Shown here piece after piece: positions 15,813 through 23,850 of a stretch of DNA of 32,000 bases. A model generated the notes under the pieces. The model was not told where the DNA came from and did no database searches. It saw only the letters and a program-made list of their open reading frames with translations. The stretch covers positions 2,430,001 to 2,462,000 of the forward strand of contig NC_014972.1 of assembly GCF_000186885.1 (NCBI RefSeq). The letters are read 5' to 3'. Source of the DNA: Desulfobulbus propionicus DSM 2032 (lineage in GTDB: Bacteria > Desulfobacterota > Desulfobulbia > Desulfobulbales > Desulfobulbaceae). The first letter of the stretch is position 1. Each line of letters starts with the position of its first letter. Both the position numbers and the translations under genes were made by a program.

Positions 15813-16303
15813 ACAAAAAAACCATTGTTCTTGGCCTGTTGCTCGTTGTCGCGGCCGTTGTGCTTGTTGTTCGTCTCTGGCCAAGCGACGAGCGGGCCAT
15901 CCGCAAGCAACTGGCCCTGATCGAGGAGGCCGGCTCCAAGGAGGCCTCGGAACAGCCGCTGGAATCCCTGCTCAAGGCCAAACAGCTGGCCGCGCTTTTT
16001 CACGATCCCTGCGAACTGATTGTCGAGGCGGTCACGTATCACGGCCTGTATTCACGCAAGGAGATCATGGATCGCATCAACTTGGTGCGCGCCAATTACC
16101 GGACGGCGCGGGTCAGCCTGCACGACGTGACCATCGCGATTCCCGGGGACAACAACGCGGTGGTCAACTGCACCATACGTCTAAGCGGCGAGGGCAAGGG
16201 GCAGCCGGTGGCCGATGTCCAGGAACTGCGCGCCGAGCTGCGCAAGATCGAAGGCGACTGGCTGTTGACCCACGTCACCCTGATCGAGGTGCTGGAACGG
16301 TAG
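15806..16303 (+). CDS. Membrane-anchored hypothetical protein, possibly NTF2/SnoaL-like fold
   Basis: GTG start overlaps the S26 stop (15810-15812). N-terminal anchor IVLGLLLVVAAVVLVV. The remaining ~140 aa has a pattern reminiscent of DUF4440/NTF2-like proteins, but there is no motif-level proof. Confidence 0.5.
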   Translation: MVNKKTIVLGLLLVVAAVVLVVRLWPSDERAIRKQLALIEEAGSKEASEQPLESLLKAKQLAALFHDPCELIVEAVTYHGLYSRKEIMDRINLVRANYRTARVSLHDVTIAIPGDNNAVVNCTIRLSGEGKGQPVADVQELRAELRKIEGDWLLTHVTLIEVLER

Positions 16304-16308
16304 CCGCC

Positions 16309-17229
16309 TCAACCGCTGACCAGCAGCACCAGGGCCATGGAGGCAAAGGAAAGCAGGGTCGAAAGGACGATCACCGCCGAGGCCAGTTCGGTGTCGGAGT
16401 TGAGCTGCGAGGAGAGAATATAGATCGCGGTCGAGGTGGGCAGGGCAAAAAAGAGCATGCTCACCTGCCACGCCAGGCCGGTAACGCCGAACAGCCACAG
16501 GAAAAACAGTCCCACCAGTGGCAGTGCCAAGAGCTTGCATCCGGCAGCGGCCAGGGCCAGTCCCATGTTGTCGCGAAGATTTCGGCTGGTCAGGCTGCCG
16601 CCGATGGAGAACAGGGCCAGCGGCAGGGTCACCTGGGACATCAGCTTGAGGGTGTTGTCGATCGGGCCGGGAAAAAATCCGACCAGGCGGGAATAGGCAA
16701 TGCCGCCGACACAGGCGAGGATCAGCGGATTGGCCAGCAGGTGTTTGAGGGTGATGAACAAACGTTCGCCGAGCCGGCCGCCATCACCGCCATACCAGAT
16801 AAGAATCGGCACACAGAGCAGATTGATCAGCGGAATGAGCAGGCCGATGAGCACGCCGTACAGCTGGGCTCCAGGCCCGCCAAAGGCGTTGAGAACGACC
16901 GCCATGCCGATGTAGGTGTTGAAGCGGTAGCAGCCCTGATTGAAGGATCCGGCCTGGAACGCGCGCACCGGCCAGTGGCGGATGATCAGCAGGCTGAGGC
17001 CGCATACCGTCACCACCGCCAGGGCCGAGGCCGGCAGGTAGCGCCAGTTGCCATCGAACAGCAGCGGCGCCGAGCCGATCTTCCAGAACAGCATCAGGGG
17101 AAAGAAGACAAAATAGACCAGTTGGTCCGAGGTGCGATGAAAGGCAGTGTCGGTTATGGCGAAGCGTTTCACAATCCAGCCGAAAACGATCAGGGCCAGG
17201 ACCGGAAAAAGGGCGTTGAGCAGGATCAT
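16309..17229 (-). CDS. AEC-family (auxin efflux carrier-type) transporter
   Basis: ~10 predicted TM helices, with N-terminus MILLNALFPVLALIVFGWIVKR typical of the Mem_trans/AEC family. Start set at ATG 17229. Confidence 0.8.
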   Translation of the reverse strand: MILLNALFPVLALIVFGWIVKRFAITDTAFHRTSDQLVYFVFFPLMLFWKIGSAPLLFDGNWRYLPASALAVVTVCGLSLLIIRHWPVRAFQAGSFNQGCYRFNTYIGMAVVLNAFGGPGAQLYGVLIGLLIPLINLLCVPILIWYGGDGGRLGERLFITLKHLLANPLILACVGGIAYSRLVGFFPGPIDNTLKLMSQVTLPLALFSIGGSLTSRNLRDNMGLALAAAGCKLLALPLVGLFFLWLFGVTGLAWQVSMLFFALPTSTAIYILSSQLNSDTELASAVIVLSTLLSFASMALVLLVSG

Positions 17230-17400
17230 GGGTGCGGTGGGGTGCGATGAGGTTGTGGTGGAAACGCTGTGCTCACGGCTGGCATTGTTCCCCATCCGCC
17301 CCTGGCGGGCAATCGGATTTTTCCCACGCCGGCCAGATTGTTTCCTTGCTCCCGCCGCCCCCTGACGCCGCGTTCACGGCCATCGGCCAGCGCGGGACAA

Positions 17401-17874
17401 TCACCGTGGCAGCGGGCCGTCGTCATTGGGCTCGCCGCACCTTCTGCCCATGAACGAGTAGGGTTGAAAGACCTCCAAGACGTTCGGTTCAGGCATGCGG
17501 ATGATGTTGAAGATGTTCGGAGAATACCAGACCCCAGCCCGCCGGCCATCTGGAGCGAGGATGACGCCGCCGTAGTAGTCGCAACCGCCGTATCGTTCGC
17601 CCCGGTACCACTGCAGCCAGCCGTTCAACCGCTGTTCGGACATGTCGATGTGTGCCCAGACCCGGGTCTGGAGGGTGAAGCGGTTGTCGATGGCGATAAT
17701 CGATTCGGGCGCGGTTATGGAACCGAGATAATAATAGCTGTGTTCCGGAAACAGCTGGCCGGCTTCAAACGTCTGCTGCACGGCCCGATCAATCTCCCAT
17801 TTGCCGCCCGGAACAGGGGCGGCACAACCGGTCAGGAGCACGGCGGCCAGCAAACAAAACAATAACCGCATCAT
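17401..17874 (-). CDS. Hypothetical lipoprotein
   Basis: Signal peptide with lipobox (MMRLLFCLLAAVLLTGC). The mature part is Tyr/Trp/Gly-rich, with no family recognised. Confidence 0.65.
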   Translation of the reverse strand: MMRLLFCLLAAVLLTGCAAPVPGGKWEIDRAVQQTFEAGQLFPEHSYYYLGSITAPESIIAIDNRFTLQTRVWAHIDMSEQRLNGWLQWYRGERYGGCDYYGGVILAPDGRRAGVWYSPNIFNIIRMPEPNVLEVFQPYSFMGRRCGEPNDDGPLPR

Positions 17875-17917
17875 GACATGATGGTGCATGCCGTCCTCTC
17901 GTTGCTTGGTCTTGTGC

Positions 17918-18898
17918 ATGAACAGTTCCTCCCTCCATCGTCCCCTGCTTTTCCTCTTCACCCCGTTCCTCCTGCTCCTGCTTTTCGGCCTGCTCGCCGG
18001 TTGCGGCACGTGCAGGCAACAGACCCCGGAAAGGGGGTATCATCACCTGCTCGTCCTCGGCGATCCGCATCTGCCGGGAACCAATCTACCGCAGAAAGAA
18101 AACATTATCGATACAATCAACACCTGGGAGGATGTCGACCTGGTGGTTGCCGTGGGCGATATTTGCGATGTGTACGGCACCGAGGCCGAATACGCGGCGG
18201 CCGGGGCCTTTTTCGCCAGGCTGCGCAAGCCGCTGGTACCCATCGCCGGCAACCACGACTACATCTATGCAACCCCCACAACCGCTTCCGGCGGCTACCT
18301 CACCGGCTCGCCCGCATCCCAACAGGCAAAGCTGCGTATCTTTCGCCAAACCTTCGGCCTGCGGCATCTCTTTTCCAGCAAGACGATCGGTGGCTACCAT
18401 GTCCTGTTTCTTTCCACCGACCATCCGAGTTTTGCCGCCGGCATCTCGGAAAGCCAGCTTGACTGGCTGCGCGGCCAACTCTATCGCCACCGGACCACGC
18501 CGACCATCGTCTTTTTCCATGGACCGCTCAAGGGGACGCAACATGCCTTCAAGCACTACGTCAACCGGCCCCAGGCCATTGCCCAGCCGGCCGAGATCCT
18601 GCACACGATCATCACCGCCAACCCGCAGATTTTCCTCTGGGTCTCCGGCCACACCCATACCCCGCCGACTGAGACGAGCTACGCCGATCCCATCAACCTC
18701 TACGCCAACCAAGTGACCAACATCCACAACATGGACATGAAGCGGGAGACGATCTGGACCAACTCGCTGCTGCTCTATCCGGACCGGGTGGTGGTCAAAA
18801 CCTATCGCCACAACGACGGGGTGTGGCTGGCGGAACTGGAGCGCACCATCCGGCCGCCCCGGCTGCGAACCATGCGGGAGCACGAGGCAAAGCGGTGA
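17918..18898 (+). CDS. Lipoprotein metallophosphoesterase (calcineurin-like)
   Basis: Lipobox LLAGC, then the motifs GDPH, VGDICD, GNHDY, FFHGP and SGHTH. Start at 17918 or 17888; no clear SD for either. Confidence 0.8.
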   Translation: MNSSSLHRPLLFLFTPFLLLLLFGLLAGCGTCRQQTPERGYHHLLVLGDPHLPGTNLPQKENIIDTINTWEDVDLVVAVGDICDVYGTEAEYAAAGAFFARLRKPLVPIAGNHDYIYATPTTASGGYLTGSPASQQAKLRIFRQTFGLRHLFSSKTIGGYHVLFLSTDHPSFAAGISESQLDWLRGQLYRHRTTPTIVFFHGPLKGTQHAFKHYVNRPQAIAQPAEILHTIITANPQIFLWVSGHTHTPPTETSYADPINLYANQVTNIHNMDMKRETIWTNSLLLYPDRVVVKTYRHNDGVWLAELERTIRPPRLRTMREHEAKR

Positions 18899-18914
18899 GC
18901 GCGCGACAGCGACC

Positions 18915-19418
18915 TCACCCCTGGCTGCCGACCGTTTTGTCCATGAACACCAGCTCAACCTTCGGCCCGGCCTGCTGCCGTCGCCGCATCTGGTAACCGA
19001 GCTGGCGGTACAGCCGGATGTTGTCGGTACTGCGGCTGCCGGTGAACAGCTCGAACCGGGCCGCGGAGGTGCATTGGGCCTCGATGGCCCGCATCAGGGC
19101 AGAGCCGATCCCTTGACAGCGGACCTCGGGATGGACGATCAACCGGCCGATGCACCAGATCTCCTGCTCCTGACGGGCACGCACCGAGCCGACCAGCTGG
19201 CCGCTTAGGGTTGCCTTGAGCACCAGGCTGGCGGCGAATTCCCGTTGCAGTTCCTCGAGGGTCTGCACCAGGGGCGGCAGGGCCCAGTCGTCATACAGCT
19301 CGGCCTCGGTCCGGAAGGCAAGCCGCTGCAGGGCAAGAATGGTTGCGCAATCGGCCACGGTGGCCGGTTCGATGACCAGGGAATTGCGACTGACTGAGTG
19401 ATTGTCCGCGTCCATCAT
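18915..19418 (-). CDS. GNAT-family N-acetyltransferase
   Basis: LIVHPEVRCQGIGSALM (the Q/RxxGxG/A acetyl-CoA motif) in a ~165-aa GNAT-sized protein. ATGA overlap with the upstream ATPase stop at 19415-19418. Confidence 0.8.
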   Translation of the reverse strand: MMDADNHSVSRNSLVIEPATVADCATILALQRLAFRTEAELYDDWALPPLVQTLEELQREFAASLVLKATLSGQLVGSVRARQEQEIWCIGRLIVHPEVRCQGIGSALMRAIEAQCTSAARFELFTGSRSTDNIRLYRQLGYQMRRRQQAGPKVELVFMDKTVGSQG

Positions 19419-21313
19419 CGCTCCTCCCGAAAAAAGCCGATACTCGCCGACGAGAGCACCACCAGCACCGAGCCGACGTTGTGGACCACCGCGCCCATGA
19501 TCGGAGTGAGCAAGCCAAAGGCCCCAGCCAGCACGGCAACGAGATTGAACACCAGGCCAAAGGCGAGGTTGAGCTTGATGATCAGCAGCATTCGCCGTCC
19601 CAGGGCGATGAGCAAGGGCAGCTTGCCGATGTCGTCGCCCATGAGGGCAATATCGGCGGTCTCCAGGGCCACTTCGGTGCCCCTGGCGCCCATGGCGATG
19701 CCGGTGTTGGCGATGGCCAGGGCCGGGGCGTCGTTGATGCCGTCGCCAACAAAGATCACCCGGGCGTTGTGCTGTTGCATGTCACGGATAATGGCCAGCT
19801 TGTCGTCGGGTTTCAGGCCGGACCAGCGGCGGGTAACGCCCACCTCCTGGCCGACCAGATCCACCGAGTGCTGATGATCGCCGGAAAGGATACCGATTTC
19901 CCGCAACCCCACCTGCTTGAGCGCGGCCACGGTCCGGCCGGCCCCGCCGCGTACCCGGTCGGAGACGCTGAGCATGCCCAGCGGCTGTTGGTCACGGTAG
20001 ACCAGCAGTGGCGTGGCGCCGCGCTGTTGGATGGCGCTCAGCTGCGGCTGCAGAGCCGCAGGCACGGCGGCCAGCCCGCCGTAGAGAGAGACGCTGCCGA
20101 CCTCGACCAGACGGCCATCGACCCGGCCGCGCACGCCGAGGCCGATCTCGGTGAACAGATCGCGGGCCGCGTCGATGGTGATTTGGGCATAAAGGGCCGC
20201 CTGCATCACGGCCCGGGCCAGGGGGTGGGAGGCGTTGCACTCGACGCTGGCCGCTTGGTGGAGCAGTTCGTCGCGGTCAATGCCCTCGGCCGGGATGATC
20301 GCGTCGACCCGTGGATTGCCTTCGGTGAGGGTGCCGGTCTTGTCAAAGAGGATGGTGTCGGCTAGGGCCACGTTTTCGATGTGCTGGCCGCCTTTGACCA
20401 GGATGCCGGCGCGGGCCGCCCGCCCGATGGCCGCCACCGTGGCCGTGGGCACGGCCAGGATCAGGGCGCAGGGGCAACCGACGATTAGTACCGCCACCGC
20501 CCGGCCGAACTCACCGGTGACGATCCAGGCCAACAGGGCACAGCCCAGGATCAGCGGCGTGAAGAAACGGGCAAAGCGGTCGATGAAGGCGACGGTCTGC
20601 GGCTTGTGGGTTTCGGCCTCGGCAACCAGCTGGATCACCCGGCCCAGGGTGGTATCGGCGCCGACCTTGTCCGCCCGGATCCGGAGCACGCCGTTGTGGT
20701 TGAGGGTGCCAGCAAAGACCGTATCGCCCACCCCTTTCTCCCGGGGCAAGGGTTCACCGGTGACGGCCGATTCGTCGATGGCCGAGCTGCCCTCGATCAC
20801 CTGGCCATCCACCGGCACCTGGTCGCCGGGTTTGACCAGGAGGAGATCGCCCGCGCAGACCGCCTCGATCGGGACCAGCTGTTCCCGCCCCTCCCTGAGC
20901 ACCAGGGCCTTTTTCGGCGCCACCTGGATCAGGGCCTGAATCGAGCGACGCGCCGATTCGGCGGTGGCTTCCTCGATCAGGGCACCCAGTACCATGATGG
21001 TGCTGACCACGGCAGCGGTGAGCAGCTCGCCGTTGAGCAGGCAGGCGATGATGGCCAGGGCCAGTAGCTCGTCGACATTGACCCGCCGTTCCAACAACCC
21101 CCGAACCGCGCCGACGATCACCGGCAGGCCGTTGATGGCCACCGAGGCAAGGATCAACCCCTGACTGATCAAGGTTTGCCGGTGAAATTCAGGCACATAA
21201 CGGCCAAGGAGAAACCCGGCCAAGGCCAGCAGCGCACCGCAGCCCACCTTGATGAAATCTCTGCTCTGCAGCAGTTCCTCGTAGACGCCCAGTTTGGTGA
21301 AACGACCTATCAT
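19415..21313 (-). CDS. P1B-type heavy-metal-translocating ATPase lacking an N-terminal HMA metal-binding domain
   Basis: TGEP, CPCAL (TM6 CPC), DKTGTLT and GDGINDAPAL. No CxxC HMA domain before the first TM helix. AAGGAG before ATG 21313. Metal specificity is not assignable by eye. Confidence 0.9.
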   Translation of the reverse strand: MIGRFTKLGVYEELLQSRDFIKVGCGALLALAGFLLGRYVPEFHRQTLISQGLILASVAINGLPVIVGAVRGLLERRVNVDELLALAIIACLLNGELLTAAVVSTIMVLGALIEEATAESARRSIQALIQVAPKKALVLREGREQLVPIEAVCAGDLLLVKPGDQVPVDGQVIEGSSAIDESAVTGEPLPREKGVGDTVFAGTLNHNGVLRIRADKVGADTTLGRVIQLVAEAETHKPQTVAFIDRFARFFTPLILGCALLAWIVTGEFGRAVAVLIVGCPCALILAVPTATVAAIGRAARAGILVKGGQHIENVALADTILFDKTGTLTEGNPRVDAIIPAEGIDRDELLHQAASVECNASHPLARAVMQAALYAQITIDAARDLFTEIGLGVRGRVDGRLVEVGSVSLYGGLAAVPAALQPQLSAIQQRGATPLLVYRDQQPLGMLSVSDRVRGGAGRTVAALKQVGLREIGILSGDHQHSVDLVGQEVGVTRRWSGLKPDDKLAIIRDMQQHNARVIFVGDGINDAPALAIANTGIAMGARGTEVALETADIALMGDDIGKLPLLIALGRRMLLIIKLNLAFGLVFNLVAVLAGAFGLLTPIMGAVVHNVGSVLVVLSSASIGFFREER

Positions 21314-21375
21314 GTTGCTTGCTCCTTATGTAGCAGTCGGCCGGTCAGCACCGTGCCGGAGAGTGTTTCTTTCGT

Positions 21376-21648
21376 TCAGCGGATCTTGCCCAAGTGGTCC
21401 ATCAACTCGTCGATCAGCTTTTCATCGTGATCAGCGATCGATTTGGCGATGCAGCCGCGCAGGTGGTCGCCGATTACCTGGGTCCAGACCCCGCGCAGGG
21501 CACCGGTCACCGAATTGATCTGGCGCAGCACCTCGATGCAGTCCCGATCCTGCTCCACCATGGCGGCCAGGCCGCGCACCTGCCCTTCGATCCGCCGCAA
21601 CCGCTTGACGATCCGCTCCTTGTCCTGATCCGTTCCGCACAGACTCAT
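21376..21648 (-). CDS. csoR: CsoR/RcnR-family metal-sensing repressor
   Basis: A 90-aa all-helical DUF156 pattern (RLRRIEGQVRGL..M). A Cys in DCIEVL plus H-x3-C in GDHLRGC gives an x-C-H-C (CsoR-type) ligand fingerprint. GGAGGAG SD. Confidence 0.85.
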   Translation of the reverse strand: MSLCGTDQDKERIVKRLRRIEGQVRGLAAMVEQDRDCIEVLRQINSVTGALRGVWTQVIGDHLRGCIAKSIADHDEKLIDELMDHLGKIR

Positions 21649-21685
21649 CGCTCCTCCTTCCTTGCTTTTTCCAACCTCTATAGAC

Positions 21686-21704
21686 TATAGGGGTACACCC
21701 TATA
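21686..21704. promoter_or_regulatory. Candidate CsoR operator (inverted repeat TATAGGG-N5-CCCTATA)
   Basis: 7-bp perfect arms, 38-56 nt upstream of the csoR start, overlapping a TATAGT -10-like hexamer on the minus strand. G/C tracts flanked by AT are typical of CsoR-family operators. Confidence 0.5.
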
Positions 21705-21765
21705 TCAGCTAGACCTGTATAGCTGCCGCAAACAGATCGTGCAAGGCTTTTCTTACGATCCTTTT

Positions 21766-21788
21766 TCGCGAGCATGGCTCGCTCCTAC
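21766..21788 (-). repeat. REP-like palindromic element, copy A
   Basis: Minus-strand read GTAGGAGCGAGCCATGCTCGCGA, with an internal 6-bp stem GCGAGC/GCTCGC. Confidence 0.6.
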
Positions 21789-21814
21789 CCAGCATGGACA
21801 AAATTCCTGGGAGT

Positions 21815-21837
21815 GTAGGAGCAGGCCATGCCTGCGA
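21815..21837 (+). repeat. REP-like palindromic element, copy B (inverted relative to copy A)
   Basis: GTAGGAGCAGGCCATGCCTGCGA. 19 of 23 positions are identical to copy A. The 4 differences form two compensatory pairs that preserve the stem (GCAGGC/GCCTGC). Confidence 0.6.
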
Positions 21838-21871
21838 TATGAATCTGGAGAGCATCCCACCATCGCCAGGT

Positions 21872-22146
21872 TCAGCCCTCCAGGGAGGCGATAAAATCGG
21901 CCGCATCATCAAGCAGCGCCGCGAACACCATTTCCAGGGCGCTGTCGAACAACTGCTGATCATGCGCTTCGCTGAGACTGTTGCCTCGATGGCCAGCGAA
22001 CCGTGGATGGTGCGGATGCGGTTGATGCGTCGCAGCGTTCTGGCCTGGTCGGCAAGCATGGTCAACCGTCCAATGGCTTCGCTGATCGCGGCGACCCGGT
22101 TCAAAATCTCCGGGGTGATGGTGTAGGGCGGCTGGTAGTCAGTCAT
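21872..22146 (-). pseudogene. Fic-family protein, N-terminal fragment only (frameshifted and truncated)
   Basis: MTDYQPPYTITPEILNRVAAISEAIGRL...LRRINRIRTIHGSLAIE matches Fic N-terminal regions. The expected continuation GNSLSEA is in another frame. No HxFx(D/E)GNGR Fic motif follows. Confidence 0.55.
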
Positions 22147-23178
22147 TGCCCCCTCCAGTTCGCGCTCGATCTGCTCGATGGTCGGTAGGCTGGTCTGTAA
22201 AGGTTCGGGTAGCGATTCCAGCAGCTTGTATTCGGCGATCCCCATGGGCTGGGTCTTGTCGCCCAAGGCATATTCGGCCACTACCTTGTTCTTGCTCTTG
22301 CACAGCAGCAGGCCGATGCTGGGGTTATCCTGTTCGGCCTTCACTTGACGGTCCACAGCGGTGAGATAGAAACCCAACTGCCCAAGATGTTCCGGTTTGA
22401 ACTTGTCTGCTTTGAGTTCAATCACCACATAGCAGCGCAGTTTGAGGTGGTAAAAGAGCAGGTCGATGAAAAAATCATCGCCACCGACTTCCAGATGCAC
22501 TTGCCGCCCGACAAGGGCAAATCCCGCACCCAGTTCCAGCAAGAATTGGGTGATGTGCCTGACCAGTGCCGATTCAATTGCGCGCTCGTCCGGCCTCTTT
22601 GCCCACATCGAGAAAATCGAACAGGTAGGGGTCTTTGAGCGATTCCCGAGCCAGATCACTGCCCCGTGCGGGCAACCGTTCGGCGAAGTTGGTCACGGCC
22701 TTGCCGGTGCGTTCGAGCAGTCGGGTTTCGATGTGAATATTCAGCACATTGCGACCAGCTTGTGTTCAATGGCGGCCCGGGCATAGGCAAGGCGTTGTTC
22801 CGGTTGCTTCAGCCGGGTCAGCAGCACCAGGTTATGCCCCCAGGGTAATTGTCCAACAGCCTGTTGGACAATTTGCTCTTCCGGCCAGGCCTCGGTAAAG
22901 GCACGCATATACATGAGCTTAGCACGGGAAAAGCCTTTCATGTCGGGAAAGGCGGTGCGCAGATCATGGGCCAGCCGGTCAATGACCTTGGCGCCCCAGC
23001 CCTGCTCGGCTTGCCGGATCAGAATATCACGGCCGATCTGCCAGTAAAGCGTTACCAGTTCGCGGTTGACCGCCAGAGTTGCCCGTTGCTGGGCGGTATG
23101 GATGCGGTTTTTCAGTTCCGCCAGCCAGTTGGCGTAGCCTTCAGGTGGGTGGATCAGGGAGACGGGCTTGTCGTTCAT
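22147..23178 (-). pseudogene. DUF1016 (YhcG-like PD-(D/E)XK nuclease) gene disrupted by frameshifts
   Basis: The N-terminal 145 aa (22741-23178) and the C-terminal nuclease core (ERAIESALV...GFALVGRQVHLEVGGDDFFIDLLFYH..LRCYVVIELK) lie in different frames. The connecting segment (NVLNIHIETRLLERTGKAVTNF...DPYLFDFLDVGKEA) is in a third frame. Shifts are near 22745 and 22590. Confidence 0.7.
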
Positions 23179-23185
23179 GCCGCCC

Positions 23186-23446
23186 TCATAGGTACTTTTT
23201 CATCACCGCCTCTTTGCGGACGGTTGCGGCATCGATGATGACCTGGGCCTCGGCAATTTGTTTTTCCAAGGCTTCGACCTTGGCGACGAATTGCTTTTGC
23301 TCGACCAGGGACGGAACCGGTTCCTTGATGTTTTTCATCACGGTGGCGTTGATATTGGATTGGCCGATGGATTTGATGTAGACGGATTTATGTTTGGTAA
23401 AGCCCAGCACTTCAAGCAGGGCGGAAAAATTGTCTTGGGTGCTCAT
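23186..23446 (-). pseudogene. Remnant with HsdS-like (type I R-M specificity subunit) conserved C-terminal region
   Basis: An 86-aa ORF. GQSNINATVMKNIKEPVPSLVEQKQFVAKVEALEKQI resembles the conserved end of an HsdS target-recognition half. It is too short for a functional S subunit. The segment is AT-richer than its surroundings. Confidence 0.5.
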
Positions 23447-23639
23447 CCCTGCACTCCCCCTTTGCCGCTATCGGGCGCTTTCATTTTCTGGTCGATCTCC
23501 TCCCGGTCAAACCGCCACGGGTGCCGATCTTGGCGGCCGAGATTGCGCCACGCCGGGCGATGCCGTAAAGAGTGGTCCGGCTCATCGTGACGGAGCCCGT
23601 CAGTCCCTCAATGGCCGGCCATGTATCGACAGGGTCCAT
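23443..23639 (-). pseudogene. Excisionase/MerR-type HTH (HTH_17-like) gene with a 1-nt frameshift
   Basis: MDPVDTW..TMSRTTLYGIARRGAISAAKIGTR is followed, in the +1 frame, by WRFDREEIDQK, the classic C-terminus of this family. The restored frame ends in a TGA that overlaps ATG 23446 of the next ORF. Confidence 0.55.
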
Positions 23640-23850
23640 GCGCTCATTATTTGGAAAAGGTTGGTGATACGAAATTGATTGAGGGAGATACCACCTGCTC
23701 GGCATAAAGGGCAAATGCAAAGTTGCAGGTTCGGGGAATGGGGAATTGTTCCTGCCCTCCCGGCAGGTTACGCGGGCAAGAAAATCAGAACTTTCCTTTG
23801 CCGGCAGGAGGCGTCTGTCGCACAACACGCCGGCAACAGGGTGGGTTCCC

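Noticed and set aside
21709-22659. 316-aa ORF-track entry read as one gene
   Set aside because: It is a chimera: the DUF1016 C-terminal core, then a Fic N-terminal fragment in the same frame, then translation through the REP-like doublet. It is annotated instead as pseudogene fragments plus repeats.
23640-23850. Possible tRNA fragment, att site or terminator between the decayed islet and the methyltransferase gene
   Set aside because: It contains a small hairpin (CCTGCC-ctccc-GGCAGG, 23751-23767) and a CCGGCAGG direct repeat. There is no T-loop or acceptor-like sequence, no T-run after the hairpin, and no integrase nearby. The evidence is insufficient.
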